DNA of 64,000 nucleotides from Blastocladiella emersonii ATCC 22665 (lineage: Eukaryota > Fungi > Blastocladiomycota), in the NCBI GenBank assembly GCA_025594325.1, contig JANHCV010000002.1, positions 992,001 through 1,056,000 of the forward strand, given 5' to 3'. Of this stretch, positions 1 through 9,857 are shown piece by piece; within the stretch, counting starts at the first letter, position 1, and every line of letters begins with the position of its first letter. Both the position numbers and the translations under genes were made by a program. The notes beneath the pieces were generated by a model. The model searched no databases. It was not told the DNA's origin and saw only the letters and a program-made list of their open reading frames with translations.

Positions 1-1
1 G

Positions 2-976
2 AGCGACGGCACGCTGTGCGCGTGGCAGCTCGACATGCTCGCGCAGCCGCAGGAGGTGCTGGAGCTCGTGGTCCCGCCCGCGCTCGCCGCCGTGTCGCGG
101 CACCCGGGCACCGGCGGTAGCAGCTCCGCCGCCGCTGCCATCTCGGCGGCCGCCGCGGGTCCCGCCGAGGTCGGCGTCACCTGCTTCGCGTTCCCCGCCA
201 ACGAGGCCGCCGCGCTCTGGGTCGGCACCGAGCAGGGCACCGTCATGCACGTGTCGCGGTACGACCGCGCCGCCGCCAAGGCCGGCGTCGCCGACTGCTA
301 CGTCGGCCACTACGGCATGGTCACGGGGCTCGCGTTCCACCCGTCCCACGCCGCCGCCGACCACTCGGACCTGTTCCTCACCAGCAGCGTCGACTGGACC
401 GTCAAGCTGTGGCGCACGCGCAAGTCGGCGCCCCCGACCGCCGCGTCGGGCGCCGCGGGGGCCGGCGGTTCGTCGGGCTCCGCGGCCGGCGCCAACGGCA
501 GCGCGGGCAACATCAACGGACCCTCGTCGGGCACGACCGCGAGCGGCGCGCCGACGAGCCCCGTGTCGGCGCCGGGCGCCGGGCTCACGCACGTGACGCC
601 GCTGTACTCGTTCCTGGAGGCGGGCGACTACGTGTTCGACGTGGCGTGGTCGCCGACGCACCCGGCCGTGTTTGCGGCGGTCGACGGGTCGGGGCACCTC
701 GACCTGTGGAACCTCAACGAGGACACGGAGCTGTACGTGTGCCGCGTCAAGGTCGCGCCGCGCGCCCTCAACAAGGTGGCGTTCGCGCCCGACGGCCGCC
801 GCGTCGCGGTCGGCGCCGCCGACGGCCACGTCTACCTGTACGACCTCGCCGAGGCCGCCTTCGCGCCCCGCGAGGACGACTGGGTCAAGTTCCAGCGCAC
901 GCTCGTCGACATGGAGGCGCTCGAGATGGAGCGCCGGATCACCATGAGCGCGGCGGCGACGGCGACGGGCGTGTGA
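2..976 (+). CDS. PAC11: Cytoplasmic dynein 1 intermediate chain, C-terminal WD40 region (5' end outside window)
   Basis: Frame open from base 2 (SDGTLCAWQLDML..P.E). Motifs GHYGMVTGLAFHP, DLFLTSSVDWTVKLW and DYVFDVAWSPTHPAVFAAVDGSGHLDLWNLN are typical of dynein intermediate chains. Confidence 0.9.
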   Translation, partial: SDGTLCAWQLDMLAQPQEVLELVVPPALAAVSRHPGTGGSSSAAAAISAAAAGPAEVGVTCFAFPANEAAALWVGTEQGTVMHVSRYDRAAAKAGVADCYVGHYGMVTGLAFHPSHAAADHSDLFLTSSVDWTVKLWRTRKSAPPTAASGAAGAGGSSGSAAGANGSAGNINGPSSGTTASGAPTSPVSAPGAGLTHVTPLYSFLEAGDYVFDVAWSPTHPAVFAAVDGSGHLDLWNLNEDTELYVCRVKVAPRALNKVAFAPDGRRVAVGAADGHVYLYDLAEAAFAPREDDWVKFQRTLVDMEALEMERRITMSAAATATGV

Positions 977-1472
977 GGAGGCGAGCAGATCGGGGTTGTG
1001 TACCGTACCGAGCGAAGTTTTGATGGATTGATTGATGTGATTCCCCGTTCTCCTGCTGATGCCGGGTCTGATGCAACGCAGCGCAAATGAAGGTCGCGCG
1101 AACTTCATGCATGCGCGCCGCCGTGCAACGCGCGCGCGACGCGACGTGCTGCCGCAGCAGCGCCACAGCGGCGTCGGCGTCGGATCGGAAAGCGGCCGCG
1201 TGACGATGAGCCGAGGCGGCGAGGAGGCGCTCAAGTGCGTGGGCCAGCTGGCAGGCCAGCTGGTGACGCCGCCGCCCCGCTGCCCGCCGACCTCGATCGA
1301 GCGCTTCTCCTCCTCCCACGCTCCCACTCCTCCGAGACGAACGCAACGTAGAGAAGACGAAGACGAAGATCATAGACCGAATCTCCATGTATGCCACCAC
1401 CACCATGAACCCTCGCCAGCGTCGCCGCAGCGCTGACCCGCCCGCTACGCTCGCTAGACCCGACCCTCCAAG

Positions 1473-2312
1473 ATGGGCGCCTTCATCAAGATTCTCTTGA
1501 TCCTGCTCGTCCTTTTCTTCGTGGCGCTGTGCGTACTCAAGCAGGTGATGCGCAAGTCGGGCAAGGCGCACGAGGCCGAGGCCGCGAAACCCTCCTCGGC
1601 CGCCGCGGGGCCGTCCAACGACCACGCCCTCGACGCCGTGTACCCGCAGGACGTGCCCGCCAACGCCGCCGCCGGGTACGCCGCCACGCCTGCCGCCCTC
1701 ATCAACAACGCCGCCCACGCCCAGCCCCTGCCGCCGCCGCCCGCGTACAGCGGCCACGTCCAGCAGCCGTACGGCGCGGGTCCCCCGCAGCAGTCGCCCT
1801 ACGGCCAGCAGCCGCCCCAGCACCACATGCAGATGCCGTACGGCGGCGGCAACATTGCCCCGCAGCCGACGGGCAGCTCGATCCACAGCTACGGCGGCGC
1901 GCCGAACCAGGGCTACGCCGCGCCCGCGGGGTACCTCGCCCCGCAGCCGCAGTACGGCCAGCCGCCCGCGCACCTCGGCCCGCAGCACACGGGTTCATCG
2001 CTCGGCGGCCATGGTGTGGCGACGCACGTCAGCGGCGGCAGCGCGTACGGGTACCCGGCGCAGGGGGCGCCGCCCACGTCGATGCCCGCGGGGCCCGGGT
2101 ACCACCAGCAGCACCAGTTCACGGGCCCGCTCCCGACGCCGTACGGCGCGCCTGTCCCGCAGCAGCAGCAGATGCCCGGCGGCGCGCCGATCGTGCCGTA
2201 CCCGACCAGCGACTACGGCGGCGCCGCGCCCGTCGGGGCGTACCCGGGCCAGCAGCAGCAGCAGCAGCAGCAGGCGCAGCAGGGCCAGCACATGCGGTAC
2301 CCGGGCGCTTGA
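1473..2312 (+). CDS. Single-pass membrane protein with P/Q/Y/G-rich tail and a PPxY motif
   Basis: N-terminal hydrophobic helix (FIKILLILLVLFFVALCVL), then PPPPAY and YGQQP/YP-type repeats; strong GC3 bias; probable 5'-UTR intron 1389-1457 (GTATGC..GCTGAC..TAG). Confidence 0.75.
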   Translation: MGAFIKILLILLVLFFVALCVLKQVMRKSGKAHEAEAAKPSSAAAGPSNDHALDAVYPQDVPANAAAGYAATPAALINNAAHAQPLPPPPAYSGHVQQPYGAGPPQQSPYGQQPPQHHMQMPYGGGNIAPQPTGSSIHSYGGAPNQGYAAPAGYLAPQPQYGQPPAHLGPQHTGSSLGGHGVATHVSGGSAYGYPAQGAPPTSMPAGPGYHQQHQFTGPLPTPYGAPVPQQQQMPGGAPIVPYPTSDYGGAAPVGAYPGQQQQQQQQAQQGQHMRYPGA

Positions 2313-2393
2313 AGGGTCCGCTCAGATGTAGACGGGCGATCACGCACACGAAATATAGAGATATCCCATGCATGCACGGCATCTATTTTCGAT

Positions 2394-3695
2394 TCATGCA
2401 ATCTCGCTCCTCTCGACGCGAAGATGCGGCTCGGCCACGTCGATGGCGACGTGCGCAAACGCGGCATGCAGCAGCGACACGCCGAGCTCCGGGTCGCGCA
2501 GCGTGAAGCCGTGCGGGCACGCTACCGTCGCGCCGTTGAGCGTCACGGACGGGGTCACGTCCAACAGATTGGCGGCTACATTCCGCAAAAGTGTGAGTGT
2601 GGGCGGCGAAGAGAGAAGGTGAGGGGAAATGGAGGCGGACCGGGATCGGCGTCGTAGAACTGCAGCAGCGTGCCGGGCACCACGGACAGGTGGGTCGCGA
2701 GCGCCAGGAAGCCGCGGCCCGGGTCGCCTGCCGTGATCTCGGTGACGAGGAACGGGGTCTCGGACTATAATCGCGTAGCTGAGCGTGAGTGCACGATCGC
2801 AAAGCCTCGCTCCGCGATAACGTACCCCCGGCGTGCACAAGCCAGCGTACAGCCGGCGCGACTTATCGTGCGACCGGCCAATTGACTTGAGCAGGACGGA
2901 CGTCGGCACCTTCTCGTCCGCATCCTTGGCCGCGTTCGGGTCCGCGAGCCCGAGCACCACGTTCCCCTGCGACCGCAGGACGACCTGCTGCGGGCCGAGC
3001 GGACGCAGCCCGCGCCACTCCATCCCCACGCTCACAACACCCGTGCCGGCATCCGGGACCGACAGCGCCGCACCGACGTACCCCTGCGCCAGCGTGGCGG
3101 CGCCGGGCCCGTACAGCGTGAACGGATTCCCGTTGATGAACGGCGTCGGGCCCGCGACGATCCCGACCACCGCCGCGTTCGGGAACACGTCGTCGAGCGC
3201 GCGCGTGAACCCCGGCCCGTCGTGCCCGTGGCCCGCGGTCCCGTCGCCCATGCCGAGGACCAGGCGGACGCTCGCCGGGCTCACATCCGCCAACGCCGCG
3301 GGCAGCGCACGCGCCGGCTCGGGTGCCAGCTCGACGCCGAACCGCTCGGCGGACTCGGTGCCCCACTGCGACCGTGGGAGCGACATGCGCGCGTCCCCGT
3401 CGTTGGCGGATGAGGAGGTGGTCGTCGGGCGGTGCCACCGGCCCACGGCGACGGTGCCCGAGGTCCAGTCGGGCGCGGCGAACGGCGTCCAGTCCGCGGA
3501 CCCGGACGCGGTCAGGTGTACGGCGAGCGAAGGGGACGGCGCGGGTGTGACGGCTTCGGTCGCCTCGGGCGTCAGGATGCCGCCGATCACGTCCGGGCGC
3601 GACAGAAGCGACGCGGGCGCCGGGCGCGAGCGCAGCGTGGCCAGCGTCAGGCTGGCAATCCCGCGCGTGGGGCGGTGCATGAGTGTGCGATACAT
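2394..3695 (-). CDS. Fungal FIST-domain-like protein, probably mitochondrial (3 exons)
   Basis: Basic Ser/Thr-rich presequence-like start (MYRTLMHRPTRG). Motifs FPNAAVVGIVAGPTPFINGNPFTL, LRPLGP..VVLRSQGNVVL and a spliced exon ETPFLVTEITAGDPGRGFLAL resemble fungal FIST proteins. GT-AG introns restore the frame. Confidence 0.6.
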   Translation of the reverse strand: MYRTLMHRPTRGIASLTLATLRSRPAPASLLSRPDVIGGILTPEATEAVTPAPSPSLAVHLTASGSADWTPFAAPDWTSGTVAVGRWHRPTTTSSSANDGDARMSLPRSQWGTESAERFGVELAPEPARALPAALADVSPASVRLVLGMGDGTAGHGHDGPGFTRALDDVFPNAAVVGIVAGPTPFINGNPFTLYGPGAATLAQGYVGAALSVPDAGTGVVSVGMEWRGLRPLGPQQVVLRSQGNVVLGLADPNAAKDADEKVPTSVLLKSIGRSHDKSRRLYAGLCTPGVRYRGARLCDRALTLSYAIIVRDPVPRHRDHGRRPGPRLPGARDPPVRGARHAAAVLRRRSRSASISPHLLSSPPTLTLLRNVAANLLDVTPSVTLNGATVACPHGFTLRDPELGVSLLHAAFAHVAIDVAEPHLRVERSEIA

Positions 3696-3968
3696 GGTTG
3701 CGATGGGTCGGTCGTTCCAAGTGGAAGGGGCGAGGAGAGGGAGGAGCTCGTTCCGATCGACACGCGCGCCGAGCGATCGCCGCGAGACAAAAGCGCGCCT
3801 CGCAAACATCAGGTGACGCGTGCTTCGATGCACCGCGCGCCGTTCATGCTGCGCCCCTGCTCTCGTTGGGCTCTTGCCCTTCCCCTCTGGAATCGCAGCA
3901 TCGAGGCCCATGAATCGTGCGCGACTATGCGCAACCTTCTCTCCTTGAACCAACACCGCGAAACTACC

Positions 3969-5076
3969 ATGTCGGAAGCCGCCCCCGCCACGGCGGCACT
4001 CGCCGATGAGGGCTCGACGCCGCCTGCTTCCACCGAGTCGGCCCTCTCGCTTGCCTCGCTGCTCCCGGCCTTGCCCTCGATCGAGCCACAGCCGATTACT
4101 TTGACGGATTCGGCGCCTTCGCCTGTGCAATCGGCATCAGCGGCCGTTGAGCTTCCCCCGACTGAGCCGAGTTTGACCGGCTCGGCGACACCTCCCTCGC
4201 CATCGGAGCAGGCGGCACCTGAGCTCCCTCCGACTGCATCGACGGTGCCAGCCCGAGACCCCCCGCGACTCTCGGACGCTGTAGCCTACATTGACGAGGT
4301 CAAGCGCTGGTTTGGAACGGACATGGCTGGGTACAAGTAGTTTCTTGCGATTATGAACGGCTACAAGGCCGGGAAGTACGTCAGTTTCGCCCTATGCCGC
4401 GAGGCAGGTGCTCACCCACCCACGCCATGTAGAATCGACCAAGCAACGGTCATGTCGCAAATCGCGGCCGCCCTCCACGGCTGCCCCAAGCTGATCCTCA
4501 GGTTCAACCTCTTCCTCCCGCCCGGCTTCTCAATGGAAACGACCGGGAATCCCGAGCGCCCCGTCAAGCTCATAGCGCCCAAGGGAGGCGAGAACCCGTC
4601 CGTGCTACCGACGGCTAGCGTAGCTGCTTCCAGGTCCTTCTGCGCCCTCGAACCCGCTTCCGCCAGGTGACGCCGTTGGCCCCGATTCTTCTCGCATGAA
4701 GAGCGCCATTTCGTACAGCGCCAAGATCAAGCGCTCGTTTGGAGAGGACAGGGAGGGGTACCAGCGGTTTCTCGCGATATTGACGGACTTCAAGGACACG
4801 AAGTGCGTCTACCGCACGGCACACCAAAGAGCGTCGCACTCACCCACCTTGCTCTGCATGTGCAGGATCGACATCCCAACGACCATGTCGCGCATCGCGA
4901 ACGTCTTCCACGGCTCCCCCGACCTGATCCTCGGGTTCAACACTTTTCGTCCACCCGGGCACTCGATTGAGCTGAACGGGAACGCTGTGTTGTTTCCTGT
5001 CAATGTTACTGCACCCAACGGCGTCGAGACCCCGCCCGCGCGGCCCGTTGCTACCGGCTCCGCGGTGGTCGCGTAA
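3969..5076 (+). pseudogene. PAH-only Sin3 derivative with two tandem PAH1-like domains, an in-frame TAG and a frameshift
   Basis: LSDAVAYIDEVKRWF..YK*FLAIMNGYKAGK/IDQATVMSQIAAALHGCPKLILRFNLFLPPGF and SAISYSAKIKRSF..YQRFLAILTDFKDTK/IDIPTTMSRIANVFHGSPDLILGFNTFRPPGH. Introns 4376-4432 and 4803-4865; TAG at 4338-4340; frame change near 4620. Confidence 0.75.
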
Positions 5077-5318
5077 GTTCCAGCATCATCAAGTCGTCCT
5101 TCCTCGGTTTCCGCCTCGCTCCATGCGTCACAACCCGCCGGCGACTCGCGGCCCTGGCGCACCCGCGAGACGCGTCGCGAAATCATGTGTTTGGCGCGTG
5201 GGGGTGAACGCCACGCCGGCTGCCACTCGTCGCTCTCTTCTCTCCTCTCCATCTTGTACTACCCATGCATCATCAGTTCATGAATCATTTTGCTCAACAG
5301 TAGCTGCAATCCGCTCCC

Positions 5319-6079
5319 ATGACCTCCACGGCCTCCTTGAACGCAACGCCGTTCCCGTTTCCGCAGCTCTACTCGTTCCCGCCATTCTTCACGTATGCCG
5401 GCACCTACACCGCGAGCCGATGCAACCGAAGCTCACGGGACGGGTGACTGACGCTGTAGTCTGCAGCCGCATGAACCATCACGCGTCAAGCAGGTCGCGG
5501 CGTGGCTCGACCTGATCCGCGCCTACTGCGCCCACCACAAGCTGTACCGCCTCGACATGGACTCGGCCGCGTCGCTCGACCTGTTCAAGAACGCGGCCAT
5601 CGGAAGTAAGTCTGTCCATCGACTTCGCGGTCTCCCCGCTGTCACTGACGCGTCGCGATGGTGCGTAGGGACGGTGCCGCGTGACATGCTTGCCCTGCTG
5701 TTCCGTGAAGCCGTCAAGGCGGGACTGGCCGAGTGGTCGACGCCCAAGGACACGACGCGCGTGCTGGTCCTCTGGAAGTCGGTCGCCGAGTGGGCCGCGG
5801 CCATGGTCGAGTGGGCGCGCAACGCCGGGTTCACGGACACGGTTATGACCGGGTACGAGCTCCGGTTCGGCGACTACGTGACAGACGCTGGTACGACTCG
5901 CCGCGCCGCGCGACCGAAGCGTTTGCACACAACTAACGCGGGGCATGGTAGACTTTTACGGCATGGACGAGGTCCTGTTCTGCCGCGTCATCCAGCACCT
6001 CGCCAAGCAGAAGCGCGTCGTCATGGTCAACGAGTCCAAGGTCGCCGACGAGCTCGGGTTCAAGTTTTTGCCGTCGTAG
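5319..6079 (+). CDS. VPS25: ESCRT-II subunit Vps25 (multi-exon)
   Basis: FPFPQLYSFPPFFT, AWLDLIRAYCAHHKLYRLD, LFKNAAI, VLVLWKSVAEWA..MVEW, MTGYEL and DFYGMDE..F.R.I..L..GFKF match the Vps25 pattern. Confidence 0.9.
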
Positions 6080-6324
6080 CCGTCAATACACGCGCGTTTT
6101 GTCTCCCTCTTCGCTCCCTCTCGCGTTGTCGACCATCGTGGTCCAGGCGGCCCATGATGATGCCACATGGCGGCGCCGCAGCACGTTCCAGATCGGGGCT
6201 CAGCGCTTCTGCACGTTCGGAGCCGCTTCGCCACAGGGCGCGCGAATTCGCTCCTCTTCTTGAGCTCCCACGCGGAGTCCACGCTCTCTCCCCGCAACAC
6301 ACCGATCACGTAGCACATGTAAAA

Positions 6325-7776
6325 ATGCCCAAGTGGGACTGGGACGACATCTTCGCGTACGACACCTTCAAGGTCGTCCGGGTGCGCGACCGGCGGCTCG
6401 GGCTCGTCTACTACTCGTGCTCCATCGCGATTGCTGTGTACATCCTCTACTCGATCATCTCGCAGCAGCTGTACCTGCAGCGCGAGCCCGTGACGGGCGG
6501 CTCGGTCCGCATCACGATCCAGCCGCCGCCCGGCGTCCCCGGCACACCCGACTACTGCAGCAAGGCGCCCAACGGATGCGTCTACTACGATGGGATGCAG
6601 GTCACGCCCAGCAACGACCTCAACGGCGTCATCTTCGTCACCACCCGCGTCACCGTGTCCAACACGACCACCGCGTCGCCGAACTGCGGCTACGGCGCCC
6701 TCAACCCGCCCTCGGTTGACTGTATTCCGCAGATCGACCGCGCCTCGTCGCGCACCTACTACGCGGCTAACATTGAGGACTACACGGTACGCGCTCGAGC
6801 TCAGCGGGAGCGTGGAACGCGCGCACGCTGACGCAGTGGCCCTTAGCTCATGGTCGAGCACACGGCCCGCGGCAAGTCGACGTCGCGCTCGGCCCGCAAC
6901 GGCGACCTGCTCGGCTCGCTCAAGAGTAAGACCGGGTCGCCCATTGCCGTCTACGTCCCGACCCAGTCCAACGCCGAGACCACCAAGCTCGCCACGGCCA
7001 TGGTCGACGGCGCGGCCAACCGCATCGTCGCTCGCTCGCCCTCGGTCGCTGGCGATGTCATGACCAGTACGTTGATGTGTATCGACGCGGGCCGCTGCAG
7101 ACGCTGACTTGAAGCGCTCCCAGTCCGCCAGCTCCTTGACGCCGCCGACCTCTCGAGCCTGGACGTCAAGTCGACCGCGCCCGGCGCCGGCGCCAACGAG
7201 ACGGTCCGCGAGAGCGGCATCGTCATCCTCGTCATGGTCACGTATACGAACCGGCGCGACGACTCGTCGGCGCTCACGTACTCGTACGACGTAAGCAACG
7301 TGTCGGGCGCCGAGGCCAAGGTACACACGCCACCGTTTCCCTCATTCGCCCTAGCGCGCAGTGGAACTGACCCTCCGCCCGCGCCCTAGTTCCTCGAGTC
7401 GGTCCCGATCACCAACGCAGCGGGTTCGACGACGATCCAGATCCGCAACCGGCACGGCCTGCGCATCGTGTTCACGCAGACGGGCATGCTCGGCGAGTTC
7501 CAGCTCATGGCGCTGCTGACCAACCTGGTCGCCTCGCTCGCCATGCTCCGCGTCGCCATCTTCGGCGTCGAGTTCCTCATGGTATGGGTCCTCCCGCAGC
7601 GCAAGGCGTACCGCGCCTACAAGGTGCAGGTCACGGCCGACTTTTCGGAGCTCCGCGAGCGCTCGCCCGAGCGCGGCCGCCAGCCCGGCGCCGCGTTGGC
7701 GGATAACGGCAAGAACGACAGTATCGTCCTGCCCGTCATCAACCACGACGAGCAGCCTAAGCTCGAGTCGGTGTGA
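6325..7776 (+). CDS. P2X receptor-family cation channel; exons 6325-6786, 6847-7066, 7124-7320, 7390-7776 (421 aa)
   Basis: N-terminal YDTFK (YxTxK), TM1 (LGLVYYSCSIAIAVYILYSII), Cys-containing ectodomain, RHGLRIVFTQTGMLGEF (GxxGxF), TM2 (LLTNLVASLAML) and C-terminal YRAYK (YxxxK). Confidence 0.88.
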
Positions 7777-7887
7777 GATATCAGTTAGAGTGGGGGGAGA
7801 TAGAGATCAGCTAGACGGTGCTCGCAGAAGCCCAACCAGCATCTAATCATTCATTCAATACAAATCGTTTGATCACACACGCGTCCG

Positions 7888-9495
7888 TCACAGGTGAGCC
7901 GCGCCGCCGCCGCTCGGACGCCGCGCCAGCGTCGCGTCGGCCATGTAATCGTCCAGGATCTCGTCCGTCGCGTCGTCATCCGCCGCCGTGCTCCAGTCGA
8001 CCGGTGCGGCCGACCCGGGACTGCGCTGCACGAGACCCGGTCCACGGCCGAACCCCGTCGACGTCGCCGCGAGCGGGGCGAGCGGGACGCCGGCGCGCGT
8101 GAGCCGCGTCGACGCGGTGCGCGTGGGACGCGCCGGTCCCGCCGCGACCGGGCTCGCAACGGCGTCGGGCAAGATCCCAGGCTGGCGGCGCGGCACCGAC
8201 CGCTGCTGCTGCGCGGCCCGTTCCTGCATCGCCTTGCGCGCAATCGCCGACTGGCGCCGCGTCTGATACACGGTCATGAGGCCGTAGAAGATGGCGCCCG
8301 CGGCGACGAGCACGCTGACAACGACACCGACGATAACCGCGGGCGGCGCATTGAACAGGTTGACCGCCGTGCCCGCGGCATCGGACCCGTCGGCCGACCG
8401 CACGCCGCTCCCCGTCGCTGCCGAGTCCTCGATCAGGTTGGGCGGGACGGCCGACGCGCCGCCCACGGCCGCGACCGCGGGGACACAGCCCATGTACGCG
8501 GCGGCCTCGGTCGTCGCGTACCCGCACCGGTCCTTGGCCGCGTCCGGGTCGAGGAGCGCGCCGGGCACGTCGTAGCGGCCGTCGCTCGAGAAAACGAGCG
8601 GGTCGTGCATCATGGCGTCGAACCGGTTGAGGTACCACGTGCGGTGCGCGAGCACGCGTGCGTCCTTAGTCGCGCGACACACCCCGGGGTCGGCGATCGC
8701 GGCGCGCAGCGAGTCGAGTCGCTCCTTGAGCGACGTTGTGTTCAGCGCGAGCCCCGGCGCGCCCCACGCGAGACTCGCGGCAACGCACGCGTCGGGCCCG
8801 TTCCCGTTGGTCGACTCCCACCGGTAGTGGTAGACGAGATCCGCGAGCACGCCCGCGAGACCCCACCGGTGCGTCGCGACCGAGCAGTCGAGCACCGAGC
8901 GGTGGAACTCGGCAAAGTTGCGCACCACCGAGTGTGGTTCGCCCGCGTTGTGCAGCATCGACGCCAGGAGCACCGGCGAACTCGCCTTGAGAGAGCGGAA
9001 CGCCGTGTACGCCTGCGGCACGCGCGCCATCATGTACGACGATAGGTTGATGGGGAGGTAGATGCCCGAGCGGTTGAGCGTGTCGAGCGGCGCCAGGCCC
9101 TTGCCGAGCTGGAAGCACACTTTCGACGAGTTCGGGTCGGGCCGGCACAGGAACGCGTTCTGGCACGCGGCACGGCCGACGGCGGCGAGGCGCAGGACCG
9201 GGTCATCAGGATCGAGGCCGTCGGCGGCCGGATCGTACGGCTGCAGCGTGGGCGGGGGCTGGGCGACGGTCGAGGTCGAGGTCGCGGTCGCCGTGCCCGT
9301 CGCTGTTACGGTCCCCGTGGGGCGAGTAGAGGGCAGCGCCGTAGCCGATGCGGAGCTAGTCGAAGAACCCGTCGACGTGGCGCTCGACGAGGCCGAGGAC
9401 CCCGGCGCGGCGAGAAAGTCGTGCGTGCTCGAGGCCAAGTCGCTCTCCGTCGCCGTGGTCGAGGCAGCGCTCGTGCCGGACTTTGAGCGCGCCAT
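7888..9495 (-). CDS. Orphan single-pass membrane protein: Ser/Thr-rich N-terminus, Cys-containing globular domain, TM helix, basic tail
   Basis: 535-aa ORF with host-like codon bias; TM VIVGVVVSVLVAAGAIFYGLMTV followed by RRQ. Confidence 0.7.
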   Translation of the reverse strand: MARSKSGTSAASTTATESDLASSTHDFLAAPGSSASSSATSTGSSTSSASATALPSTRPTGTVTATGTATATSTSTVAQPPPTLQPYDPAADGLDPDDPVLRLAAVGRAACQNAFLCRPDPNSSKVCFQLGKGLAPLDTLNRSGIYLPINLSSYMMARVPQAYTAFRSLKASSPVLLASMLHNAGEPHSVVRNFAEFHRSVLDCSVATHRWGLAGVLADLVYHYRWESTNGNGPDACVAASLAWGAPGLALNTTSLKERLDSLRAAIADPGVCRATKDARVLAHRTWYLNRFDAMMHDPLVFSSDGRYDVPGALLDPDAAKDRCGYATTEAAAYMGCVPAVAAVGGASAVPPNLIEDSAATGSGVRSADGSDAAGTAVNLFNAPPAVIVGVVVSVLVAAGAIFYGLMTVYQTRRQSAIARKAMQERAAQQQRSVPRRQPGILPDAVASPVAAGPARPTRTASTRLTRAGVPLAPLAATSTGFGRGPGLVQRSPGSAAPVDWSTAADDDATDEILDDYMADATLARRPSGGGAAHL

Positions 9496-9857
9496 GGCCG
9501 TGATTCATGGGTTCAGGGACAGGGGATAACATTGCACGAGCTTCGAAGCAGCTTCTTCATATTCGTGGTTGCATGGGATGAGAGACGCTGGGAGACAGTC
9601 TGAAACGGGCGGCGAATTTCTCACCGTAAGCAAAATCGTGCACCCGCGACGCATCGACTCCCAGCTGGCGAGAAAAAATGTGAGTCGCGATTTCTGAAGC
9701 TAACTCCGACCCCGTCCCGATTTTCTCCCTCAACAATCAACAACGAGTACCCATGTATACGCGGCCTGAGTGATAGCAAATTGCTCTCTTGGTAAGGTCC
9801 ATCCATGTAAACCTCATGAATCGCCCATGTAACCGAGGAACCCGCCTGAGCTTGACC

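Noticed and set aside
1059-1436. 125-aa ORF between the dynein gene and the 1473 gene
   Set aside because: It overlaps a probable 5'-UTR intron and promoter of the 1473 gene and has no coding signature.
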